DNA of 64,000 nt, taken from NCBI GenBank assembly GCA_973895155.1, contig OZ316892.1, forward strand, positions 5,230,510 to 5,294,509, in the 5' to 3' direction. The position numbers and the translations under genes are program-made. This stretch comes from Marsupella aquatica (lineage: Eukaryota; Plantae; Marchantiophyta). The notes under the pieces are model-generated. The model searched no databases, was not told where the DNA came from, and saw nothing but the letters and a program-made list of their open reading frames with translations. Of the stretch, positions 1 through 11,559 are shown piece after piece. Within the stretch, counting starts at the first letter, position 1. Every line of letters starts with the position of its first letter.

Positions 1-1513
1 CGTCGTTCTGGATTATTTTGTGATTTGTGTTCGACGGTTTTCTTTGACGGTTCTTTCGGGGGGAGACCTGAGATCGTTTACTCAACGGTGTGAGCTTTGT
101 GGTGCACGAGGTGATGCATACTATAGCTCAAATCGTAGATCGGGCAAAGCTGATCGTTTTGGTAGTTGGTTTGCTGTCGAAGGTGTAGCGAGTGTGACGT
201 TCCGAGCAAAAGAGCCGTTCTGAGTTACTGACCGGCTATGGAGACATAGCCTTGGCTGAAGTGGGTTTCTTGACATCACGCTCGGTTTGAGGGGGAGAAT
301 CGCGAAGTGCTACGGCTCAAAGGAGAGATTGCGGCAAGGTGGTCATTTTGAGTCCGGGATTGGCACTTGACGCGGAGTGAAGGCAACATGACGGAAATCT
401 TTTCCCTTTCGGGTGCTGCTGACGGCGACGGTGAAATCTGACAACTTTTTCCCGTCGGACATCTTCATTTTCTCATTGAAACGGCAAGGCAAGAGGTCAT
501 TTGATTTTTGCTTTGTACTCAAAACATTTTTAATTTTCTGTGGCCTTTAAGGGCCTCCTTGTGTGTGTATACACACACAAGGTGTGTATAGCCCTTCCCG
601 GCCCCGTGTACCCCATCGTTACATACCCCCGGCCGGACTTTACCTCGCAGTGGCCGCGGTCGCGAAGCGCCGACCGGCGCGCATACTTGCTGCTCCCCCT
701 GCCCTCCCTATTTACTCTGGCTTGTCGACTGCCGAGTAGTCGCAGCCGTGACTCGGCTTTACCCTCCCAGCCGCCGGCAGCTGCTCCCGGCGACTGCCTC
801 GCCCGATACATCCTGCTGCGTATGCAACTGCCCTCGGCCCTTGCGTATCCCCCCCACAACCCTGTATAACGCCTGGCCTTTTAAGACAGTATTTTTGTTT
901 AGGGGCTTAGCACCCCCTTTAGGCCCGGTTTTTAAACCTTTTTTCAGGTTTCTTATTGTATGTGCCGCTTCCTGGCACCTGCCGCCCTCCAAATTAACCG
1001 CTCCGATAGGAGGAACGGCCCCCTGTGAGACCTGCCGCACAGTCCAAGGAATATTCTGAAAAAAATAGAGAGCTGTTTTTCGGCTTTTAGTCGAAGATTC
1101 CAAGGTCCGAACGGTAACTTTTTTCGCATCTTTTTTGGTGAGGACGTAGCCACTGAAGCTAGCAACGCGGTGCACCACTCGATTTGCATTTTCAACGACG
1201 GGTGGTACTTGGAATTTTTCTTATTCCCCACGGTGGTCAAAACGGGGGAGAATTTTTGAGTTTTACCCACCCCGATCGAAACGTGAAAAAGTTTTTCGTC
1301 GGAACTTGGTTTTGATTTTGGATTTCAGCATTGGCTTGCTAGGCTGGTGTGCTACGTGGCGGTGACAAGTTTCAAGTTTTTTGGAAAGTTGTAAAAAACA
1401 ACATTTTTTCATGATTTGGATTTGAGTCAACGGGACGAAAGGAAGGAAAAAGCGACAAAAAGATATAGGGAGCAATAAAGAAATAGCACGTGGAGAACGT
1501 CGGGAGGACAACA

Positions 1514-4500
1514 ATGGCATCCAAGTTTGGAGGTGTCAAGTTTGAGGTGGAAAAGTATGATGGGCGCACGGATTATTTGCTATGGGATAAGCAGGTTAAA
1601 GGAATTCTTCGTGCTATGGGCCTAGATCATCTGCTATCGACTCGGGAGGAGTCTAGCAGTGAGGAGGAGATCCCGTTGAGGAAATGGAGGCAAGAGCAAG
1701 TGATCGCTGTGAATGCGGTTATGCTATATCTGAAGCCGCATATCATTAAAATGCTGGACGATTACGAGGATTGCGTATCCTTATTCAAGGCCCTTAGAGA
1801 GAAGTACTACCGCGATGATGCCTCAGATCGGTTGTACAAGAAGTCTCTCTTGATGAGCTTGAGGCTAAAAGAAGGAGGCAAGCTTCGAGATCACTTGGAT
1901 GAATTCGACAGCCTAGCTGTAGATTTGTCAAATCTTGGCAAGGGAGTGGAAGATGAAGATAAGGCATTGCTTCTTCTCAGCTCCTTACCCCCATCGTATC
2001 AAGGTTTGAAGCAGGTTCTCTTGTATAGAGACCTCAAAACCATTTCATATGATGAGGTGGTAAGCTCTTTGCTGTCAGATGATGCACAGAAGAAACTGGG
2101 TCATACCCAGACACCATCTTCATCTGGCAGTGTGTTGAATGTGAACCGCGGGAGGACTCAACAGCGGATGACTAGTGAAAATAGGTCATTTTTCACAATC
2201 ATACCCCTCATTGAATAGAGGCAAGGAGAAGGCTCGGTCTAAGTCTAGATCCAGGTCTAGAGAGAAATCTCTAGAAAAGAAACCAATTATATGCTGGAAA
2301 TGTAACAAGCCCGGCCACATGAAAAGAGACTGTCGAGTCAAGCAGACTCATCAACCATCAGCGAACGCAGCCACTAATGTTGATATGATTGACTTGCTTG
2401 ATGATGAAATCTTGTGAAGTCAAGATGTTGCCCTTAGCATTTCATCCAATAACAACGGTGATGAATGGATTTTAGATTGTGCGTGTACCTATCATATTTG
2501 TTGTATGAAAGAGTTTTTTAGTTCTTACTCAGTATCAACCGGTTCCGTGTTGATGGGGAATGATCATCCTTGTCAAATTATTGGAATTGGATCCGTAAAA
2601 ATTCGGATGTTTGATGGAGCTGTGCGAACAGTGAGTAATGTCAGACACATACCTAACATGAAAAAGAACTTGATTTCTCTTGGAATGCTGGAAGCAAATG
2701 GATGTCGGTGGAGTTCTGCTGATGGTATTCTTCAAGTGTCAACCGGAGGCAAGGTTGTCATGAAGGGTAAGCGGCACAGGAATCTATACTTGCTGGAGGG
2801 CAACGTGATTTGTGAAGAAGCCAATGTAACTAGATCTCAAGGCGAGATGACTCAGTTGTGGCACTGCAGATTGGGACACATGAGTGAAAAAGGTTTGGCG
2901 GTACTTCGCAGGAAAGGACTTCTTTCTAATTTGGAATCTACTAAGTTAGATTTTTGTGAACACTGTGTGCTTGGGAAGCAGCACAGGAGAACCTTTGGTG
3001 TTGGAACTCACAACACCAAAGCTATACTTAAGTATGTACATAGTGATGTGTGGGGTCCAGCCCCAACTCCCTCACTTTCTGAAAAATTGTACTATGTCAC
3101 GTTCATTGATGATTACTCACGGTATGTGTGGATCACATTTCTACACGCCAAGTCTGAAGTTTTTGGCACTTTTAAGAAGTGGAAAGCTCAAATTGAGAAT
3201 CAGATTGGATCCAAAGTGAGATATCTGCGATCAGATAACGGTGGAGAGTACAGTTCAAGTGAATTTGAACTGTATTGTGCAGAGCAAGGGATTACTCGCC
3301 ATCTCACCACAGTTTATACTCCTCAACAGAATGGTGTTTGTGAGCGGCTGAACCGAACACTATTGGAATGATCGAGGAGTATGTTGAGCCAATCAGGTTT
3401 ACCACATGAATTTTGGGCTGAAGTTGTAAATATGGCAACTTATTTGGTAAATCTTTCTCCTTCAAGTGCAATCAATTTCAAGACGCCGTTTGAAATGAGG
3501 TATGGACGGCACGCAGACTATCACGTTTTGAGAGTCTTTGGAAGTGATGCATATGCTCTCACACCTAAGCAGAATCGATTTAAACTAGATTCTACTTCCA
3601 AGAAGTGTCTTTTTCTTGGTTATCAACCAGGTGTGAAAGGTTACAGGCTATGGGATCCAGAAGCTTGTACGTTGCTTGTCAGTACAGATGTATCCTTTAA
3701 TGAATCCAGATCATCAAAGGAGGGGGAGAATACTCAGACTTCCCGTACTGACAAAGGTAAATCTCCTATCCTAGACCATGTTGAGGGGGAGATTGGTCAT
3801 GAGGGTTTTTATGACATAGTTGAAGGAGGTGTTCCGATAATGGAGCTGGTTCCGATGATGGAACAAGAAGAGCAGGTTGTTGTTGGAATACCTCAAAATC
3901 AACCAACGGAGCAAGATCAACCAGAATCATCAGCTAGAAAATCAAGGCGAACTACTCGAGCTCCTACAAGGTATGGACAATGGACAGATTCATCAAGGTT
4001 AGATGATGCTGACATTGCACCTGATGGTGATGACAGAGCACTGATCTTGGAAGAAGGAGAATCGTCTTTATATCATGAGGCAAGCATTTCAGACGAGAAA
4101 GATGAATGGAATGCAGCAATGCAGAGGAAGTTGCAATCTTTAAGTGACAACAAAACATGGAAGCTGGTGCAGCTGCCAAGTGATCAACAAGTGGTGGATA
4201 GCAAGTGGATTTACAAGCTGAAGGACAACTCTTCAGATGGAGGAGACAAGATATACAAGGCAAGGCTTGTTGCCAAGGGATTCACTCAGGAGAAGGGAGT
4301 GGATTACAATGAGGTCTTCTCTCCAGTTGCCAAATATTTCACGATACAAATTTTGTGTCAACTTGTTGTGTTTTTTGATCTGGTGTTAGATCAAATGGAT
4401 GTTGTTACTGCTTTTCTCTATGGCACCTTGGAGGAACAAATTTTCATGAGGCAACCATTGGGCTTTGTGAAGAAGGGTCAAGAAAGTTTAGTTTGCAAGT

Positions 4501-5642
4501 TGCTTAAGTCCCTATATGGATTGAAGCAAGCTCCTCGGCAGTGGAACAAGCGGTTTGATGATTTCATGCTTGCACAAGGATTCACTAGAATGGTATATGA
4601 CCCTTGTGTGTATACAAAATCAGTCAAGAATGGTGTGTTTGGTTTAATCATTCTGGTGCTCTACGTGGATGACATGTTAATTGCGGCTAAGGATCAAACT
4701 GAGGTTGACAAACTCAAAGCAAAATTGAGTTTTGAATTCCGAATTAAGGATCTTGGGAAAGCCAAAAGGATCTTAGGTATGGAGATTACGAGGAACTTTG
4801 AAACTGGACAGTTGTGGCTGAATCAAGGCAAGTATGCTGAAAAGGTACTTGCAAGATTCAACATGGAAAATTGTAAGCCAGTAAGTATTCCTTTGGCTTC
4901 ACAATTCAATTTATCATCGGCTTTTTGCCCCACGGATCCAGTGAAGAGAGGCTTGATGACTAAGGTTCCTTATGAGAAAGTAGTGGGCAGTCTAATGTAT
5001 TTGATGACATGTACCAGGCTTGATTTAGCCCTAGCAATGGGCAAAGTTAGTAGATTCATGTCAAATCCAGGGAAGGTACACTGGGAGGCTGTGAAATGGA
5101 TTCTCAGGTACCTTAAGGGCACAATGAACTATGGTCTGTTGTTTGAAAGTAGATCAAACAAAACCAAATCTTTGGTTGGCTATGTAGATTCTGATTACGG
5201 AGGCTGTCTAGAAACAAGGAGGTCAACGACTGGGTATGTGTTTACTCTTGGAGGAGGATGCATAAGTTGGAGATCTACCTTGCAAAAGTGTGTATCTCAG
5301 TCTACTACAGAAGCAGAATATGTTGCAGCAGCAGAAGCAGCAAAGGAAGCAATTTGGTTGGATAAGCTGGTCACTAAGATGGGATTGGAGCATGGAAAAA
5401 TGGCTCTTCATTGTGACAGCCAAAGTGCGCTTCACCTAGCTATTAACCAGGTTATGGATAGTAGGGTGAAGCACATTGACATCAGATACCATTTTATTAG
5501 GCAAGCAGTGTCTGATAAAATGTTTGAGCTAGTCAAGATTGATGGAAAGCTCAACCCAGCTGATGCTTTTACCAAAGTGATTCCTTTGGAGAGTTACTCC
5601 AGGCACCGTGCTACTTTGCAAGTTTTGCATTTGCAGCACTAG
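1514..5642 (+). pseudogene. copia gag-pol polyprotein, disrupted
   Basis: Gag region, zinc knuckle CWKCNKPGHMKRDC, protease WILDCACTYH, integrase HHCC (WHCRLGH...CEHC) and DDE (SDVWGP/SDNGGEY/NGVCER), VKGY motif, RT YVDD, RNase H (DSD, EAEY, DSQSA, NPAD). Lesions: frameshift at about 2185-2218, in-frame TGA at 2415-2417, in-frame TGA at 3369-3371. Confidence 0.93.
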
Positions 5643-5839
5643 TAGAGTAACTTAACAATATCTAATTTTTGTATATGGGTTACTCAATCCTGTTATGGCT
5701 ACGGCTTAATTCTAGTTAACCCTTAGTTAACCTTAAATGGTTTTTAGGGGGACACCTATGGTTTTAGGTGATTGTCTAGAATTTCCCGCTGAGTATCTCA
5801 TATGGATAGCAGAAATTGCAATCCCCAAGACTAGAGTCA

Positions 5840-5847
5840 AGGGGGAG
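5840..5847 (+). promoter_or_regulatory. polypurine tract (PPT) of the copia element
   Basis: AGGGGGAG lies 2 nt upstream of the TG that opens the LTR. Confidence 0.85.
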
Positions 5848-5849
5848 TT

Positions 5850-6181
5850 TGTTAAGGATTGCTCTTAGTCTTGTGACTCAAAGGTTACGGCACTTAGGCT
5901 AACCACAGTTAGGGTCTTAGCTGAGGTTAGGTTAGTCGTGTGTGACCTTGTATATACCAAGGCTAGTGTAAGTCGCTGGAGTGGTGTGCTTACTCATTGT
6001 AACGGAGCAACTTGAGGAAGAGGGAGAGCATGTGTGTTCGTCTACTCTCGAAGTAAAGCTTGAGTGTTTGTGTGGACGTAGCCTTGGAGAAAAGGTGAAC
6101 CACGTAGAGATTGTGTCGACTACGTGTGCATGGAATGAATCATGGTTGTATGGTCATTGCGAATGACGTCTTAGTTCAACA
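5850..6181 (+). repeat. 3' LTR (about 332 bp)
   Basis: TGTT...AACA inverted termini, directly after the PPT, TATA-like TATATA near 5951. The partner LTR is absent from the window, so the 3' boundary is inferred. Confidence 0.75.
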
Positions 6182-7274
6182 GGCCTCACTATATGACTGC
6201 CTCCCCATCGCCTGCGACATTTTTAGGCCTTGGACCCCCTGAAATGTAAGAAAAAAAAAATTCAACCCCTATAAAAATTTGGTTAGAAAGACCCTAATGT
6301 TCTTATAAATCTCAAAATTGAATTTAAAAGACCCTAAATTGTTCTTCTGCAAATTCTTAAGTCTTCCCTTCAAATCAATAAAACGACCCTATCTTTCGTC
6401 GCACGTGATGTGCCATTTTTGTGGAAGTGAAACCCCCGAGACTTTATGTTGGCTGGGTATTGACTTTCCAAGAGGAATTAATGCTAGCACAAAATATATG
6501 TAAATGTTGTGAAGAGATTTCTAGCAAGTCAAACACAATGTCAAACTCAAACACAACACCCAGACGTTGTGTTTAAAGAAAAACATATTTTTAGTCAAGA
6601 GACCATTTTTTCCCCATTTTTTAACACAACACCCTATCTTTGTGTTTGGGGGAAGATGGTAGCCGCCTTCAGATCCGGGAAAAAGACTTTGAGATGTGAT
6701 TTGGGGAATCTTTTTTGACAAATCTGGGAAAAATCCAGGAATTTAAAGACTTTGAGAATTCCAATTGAAAAACTTTGAATATTAATAAAATATAAAGTAT
6801 CTATTTCTCTAAACTTTAAAACTTTAAAAAACCATATTTTTCATGTCAATCAGTTGTGTTTGGACTTTATGATGCAAAGGTTGCTATTTCATGTCTAGCT
6901 CCAATTTCAATGTGCAAGGCGTGTGTTATTGAACACGACCACAACAAGTGTATGGCCGGGATCACTCAAAAAATGCCTCAGTAACTACATCCCAAAGCTT
7001 AAATAGTTTCTTGTCTTGCCTGGACAAACTTTTCTAATCTTTCTTTCTTTGACATATATCTTTTCCTCATCTTTACATCTTTTTCCAACCTTGCCATCTT
7101 TTCTCTCCTTGACATATTTTTCTCACCTTGACTTCTTTTTTCACTTTGCCATTTTTTTCTCTCATTGACATTTTTTCCTCACCTCAACATCTCTTCTCAC
7201 CTCAACATTTTTTGTGCAATGCAGACGAATGGGGCTAATACTACTATAAAACCAATTGTCCTTATATATTGAGT

Positions 7275-7690
7275 GATATATAAACCCCAGGTCACCGGCA
7301 GCCAGAAGGGTTTAGAGCAGCAGAATGAGAAGTGATATATACCTGAAGTGACCAGCAGCAAGAAAGGCTTAGAGTAGCAGAATGAGAAGTGATATATACC
7401 TGAAGTCACCAGCAGCAAGAAGGGTTTAGAGTAGCAGAACGAGAGGTAACACGTACCAAAAGTCACCAGTAGCAAGAAGTGTTCAGAGTAGCAAAATGAG
7501 AGGTGACACATGCTAGAAGTCACCAGCAGCCAGAAGGGTTTAGAGTAGCAGAATGAGAAGTGATATATGCCTAAAGTCACCAGCAGCCAAAAGGGTTTAG
7601 AGTAGCAGATGAGAAGTGACATATGCTCGAAGTCACCAGCAGCCAGAGTAGCAAAATGAGAACTGATATAAACACTAAATCACAGGCAGC
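7275..7690. repeat. minisatellite, about 57-bp unit, about 7 copies
   Basis: The unit GAAGTCACCAGCAGCAAGAAGGGTTTAGAGTAGCAGAATGAGAAGTGATATATACCT recurs. It appears as a 19-aa periodicity in the spurious ORF 7197-7622. Confidence 0.9.
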
Positions 7691-7699
7691 TAGAAAGGA

Positions 7700-8110
7700 T
7701 ATATATCACGCTGCCAAAAAACAAAAAGTGTCCAACTGGGAGACATGATCCCACAAGCAAAGGACCCAATCAAGGGGGGACAACCAAAGGGCCAAGAAAG
7801 GCCAGGACACAAGGAAACTAGAGAAAAATAATAGACTAAGGCCAGAGGCCTAAAGCCTACTGATCGGCAAACTGAAGAGCCTGGTACAACTCCGGTGTGA
7901 ACTGCATAGGAGGGTCAAGCAAAAGAATCCTACTAGAGACTCTAAGACCAACAGCCTCACCCCTACGAAGAATAGTGAATGCTTGTGCCCGCTGAAGCAC
8001 AACAGACACCCTCTGCCTAAAAAATGCAGTGATGATAGACACCGGGGGATAAGGCCTCCGCTCGACGTACTGAACAGCGCAAGAATGTGGGAAACAGTGA
8101 AAAAGTACTT
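7700..8110 (-). mobile_element. 3' fragment of an RLE-type (CRE-like) non-LTR retrotransposon, copy 1
   Basis: The translation PPVSIITAFFRQRVSVVLQRAQAFTILRR resembles the C-terminal QRxSxxxQR helix of restriction-like-endonuclease retroelements. Homologous copies lie near 44.4 kb and 54.7 kb. Confidence 0.6.
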
Positions 8111-11100
8111 CAGTGATCCTCACCAGAACTCCAATCTCTTACCAAATGGTCGGCTCCAGGAGGTAATTTTGGCTTATTTGAAAGTGGATCATAGCGAAAG
8201 ATCTTTCTAGACTTGGAATAATAGCATCACTGAGCCCCGTAGAAGCAGTCTCTCATGGGATCGATCGATGGTCGTTCTCGTTTTAAACGTGTCGTCAGTC
8301 ATGATATTTAGTGAAACTCCTTCGTGAATAGAGTTTCTTCTTGAACAGAGGATCTGGCTTTAAAGGAAACGGAGGGAGGCTTTCTTAGTCCACCTTTGAC
8401 CTTCACAGTTATCTGCTCCTATGCGATGTTTAGTGTAAAATTTGACATATACCATCAATTGGTTTTACAGCTGTGGAATCCAGAGCTCGTGGATAAGATA
8501 TCTTGTCGCCCTACAATTCAAAGAGTCATGACTGTTGGAACAGTTTTTGCTTGTGAGCTGCAAACTAGGCCCGGAGAATCGGGGTAAGTAAATGTTCATT
8601 CTGTTCATTCGTTTAATCTTGCAGTGAGTTTTTTCTGATCATTTGAGGTTTCTTGTTCTTCAACACTGAACGAGTTTGTTGAACCTTCCGCTGCAGTGAA
8701 CTGTCATTTGTAGTTGCCTCAAATGCATTTCTGTTGGGTTAGACCTGTTCAAGGTTTGAGGTTCTGAAGGCTGTTTTGGCTTCACCAGGTATGCATCCAC
8801 ATCATCGAAGGAAACCATCAAAAACCTGAAGGCCCCAGGGGTCTATGCAAGGCCCTTGGGGAATGTGTTATATCTTATGTGTGGACCATTGACATCACCG
8901 CTAACTTGCAGTAAATTGTTGGACACCCTTTACCACCATCTTCCGAGGGAAATTCCTCTTGGATGTTAACAATGGCATTTGAGTTTGGAAGCGTGGCTAA
9001 GTTGGTGCCATTATTCGTTCTTTCAAGCAGAGTCATAGCCGAAATAAATGCCTATTCACTCCTGTGGCTTCATCTAGTCTGCACAAGCATGAATAAGAAA
9101 GGATTTTGACACTGATCTTTGTGTAGCTCCCAAAAATGTATGGCGTTCCATATCTGATGAAATTGTTTTGCGATAAAGATCAGTGTCGCCGGCTATCAGA
9201 TAAAAAAGTTAGGGAAGTTGAGAAACCCAAATTCGCTTCTCTGCATGCTAGACGCCCACGCCCAAAGTCAGATCTCCTTTCTCAAAATTTCACAAGCTAT
9301 AGTTTCGGGACTAGACATCAGCTTAGCCGTAGCAGTGGTACCTTCGATGGCTTTATATACAATCCACAGAGCTGCCACTTTCATCTGAGGTTCTATCCAC
9401 TTGATTGCAATTTAACAACGCATGACTTGGGTTCTTCTTTAAGATATTCAAGTTCCATTCTACGAAGGAGTTTCTCTGGATCATATGAAGCAGGCAGCCC
9501 ACCTCTTCCTCCATGCATGCCAAACAAAATCAAGCGAATCCCTTGAGAGTTGTTATGTCAATTCGATTTGGAAGTCTTTCAGTAAGCGACGGGGACGGAG
9601 GGAGTGAACCAGAATTGCAAGTCAAATAGAGAAAACAACCTTCCTGCCTCCCTCTCGCTCACAAACAGGTCTATGACTACCTTGCCTGTCAAACAAATGA
9701 ACGTCCACAACAGGGGTGACCTCCGAATGTGCAGTAGAATGTGCAATATCTCCCCGATGTCAACGTCATTCTCTTCGTCGTAGAGACGTTTTTCAACGAC
9801 GTCCTCTGTACGCATCTGGTAGAATACGCGCTCTCGACGAAATGGAAAGGTGCTCCAGGTATTGTTAAAGTGAAAAGTGGGGAGGTGACATTTGTGCTGG
9901 CATGTTCTGTAGACGTATGTTTTAGAAAGAGCCCTTATGTGAATAGACTTTCTATGATAGCCTTGGCTAGGATGAGCTTAATCCCGTCACATCGACCACC
10001 TCTTGAGATGAGCTCACTGCCGTCCTATCGACCACCTCTAGAGTGGTCTTCATGATTAACCCATGCAAACTTAGAAAACTCGTTAATTGGTGTTGCTAAA
10101 TCTGACTTCCACATCCTTTTGACACTTTCGACCTCACCTTCAAAGCTGAAATTCATTGGTCTAAATAGTTAAATGCTCCTCTGACTTGGAGAGTTTTGGA
10201 CGCACCACGAGCCAAAAACTTGTTTACATGCTGATCGGTGAATTGGAAAGAAAGAGTCTCCATATTCGAAAGAGAAAAAGGGGTTTGAGGATGACGGTGG
10301 AGCTGCAGATTTTGAAGAAAGAATTTTGTGCCTCGAAAAACCAAATGAACTCCATTCAATTTGCCAGCATGCATAAAAATGGGATGGCCAGCCAGGGGGG
10401 CAGCACCCCAGTGGACCGAAGGTTGTGGTGCCAAGCAGAATGGTGGAGCCGGTGCCAGGCAATTAGGCGGGCCTCAGAAGACGTCATCTAAACAAGCACG
10501 CCAGTGATTAGGTCCCGACTGGGATCCTTCCAGTGGGTCCATGACAGAAGTTTGATTCTATCGGTCTGCCTGCAGTGCAGCCACTTTTGAGCTTCTTTGT
10601 CTGCTAAATAACGATTGCACATCCGGTAATGTCATCCTCGTGCTCAAATGTACATCTCAGTCTTGTCGGAGAATGAGTGCGAGTGTGCTGAATCTGTCCA
10701 ACGAATGAGATTGGATTGGTTTGAGAAACTTCGTTCACGTCCTTATCCGGACTCGCACCATAGTTCCCAAGGGTCAACTCAACAGCAACAGGACTGACGC
10801 TGAGAGCACTGGAGCCCTGACTGGAGCAGTGCGTGGAGGTGGACCTTTGAGGATGACCCGAAAAGAGCATAGCCAGATTGCATACCCCCAACCCAAACCA
10901 TCGATCTCAATTGTAAGCATTTATGTGACCTCTGCCTCCGGGTGGTCCTGTAAAGTGACTGAAAGGTATGTCAGCATTCAGACTCATCTCCTTCAGATTT
11001 CGGTGAGTCCAATCATGTGAGGACGTATCATTTGTGAGTGCTTTCGGTGAGTCCAATCACTGGAAGCGTAGCATAAAAGTTTAGTGCATGAGGACGTATC

Positions 11101-11559
11101 ATTAGTGGAGAGGTCACGGAGCCGGATTTCTATTGACAATCCATTCCGACTGCAACTTGAGGTACTTCTGGAATGTCAGTTTGGCTGAACTCGAAAATGA
11201 AGTTGAAACAATTATTTAATCCATACAACCGGAGTACACCTTCCCTTCACTTGCACAAGCGAATTGATATTCAACCTCTCTTCGAATTTTGAGTTCTCGT
11301 CAATTGTTCAGCACTTTAGTATCGAACCCTTCGCCATGTTCTAAATATTTTCACTTTCTGCTCATCAGACAATCTTTGAGGACCCCATTCTCATTTCCGA
11401 GCAGCTCGTTTTAGAGATTTTCCAGATTCTAAGTGTAAGCGGTCTGCCGATAACCTCTTCGCTCATAAATGATACAAATTTAGGCTTGAGAGTGAACTTT
11501 TGAATTTCGACGTCAGTGTGACAAGATCCACGGAATAGCTGTGCAATTAGAATCTACGC

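Larger units (their letters stand above)
1514..6181 (+). mobile_element. Ty1/copia LTR retrotransposon, degenerate; 5' LTR not seen in window
   Basis: Domain order gag-PR-IN-RT-RH is copia-type. PPT AGGGGGAG at 5840-5847 is followed by an LTR-like block starting TGTTAA (5850) and ending TTCAACA (6181). Confidence 0.95.

Noticed and set aside
7197-7622. 141-aa ORF with 19-aa repeats
   Set aside because: It is a by-product of the 57-bp minisatellite, with no other coding evidence.
7275-7690. Possible CRISPR-like array (also considered for 35121-35607)
   Set aside because: The units repeat over their whole length with no unique spacers, the context is eukaryotic, and there are no cas genes.
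9136-11020. Several 80-136 aa ORFs upstream of the expansin
   Set aside because: No recognisable motifs or consistent exon chain.
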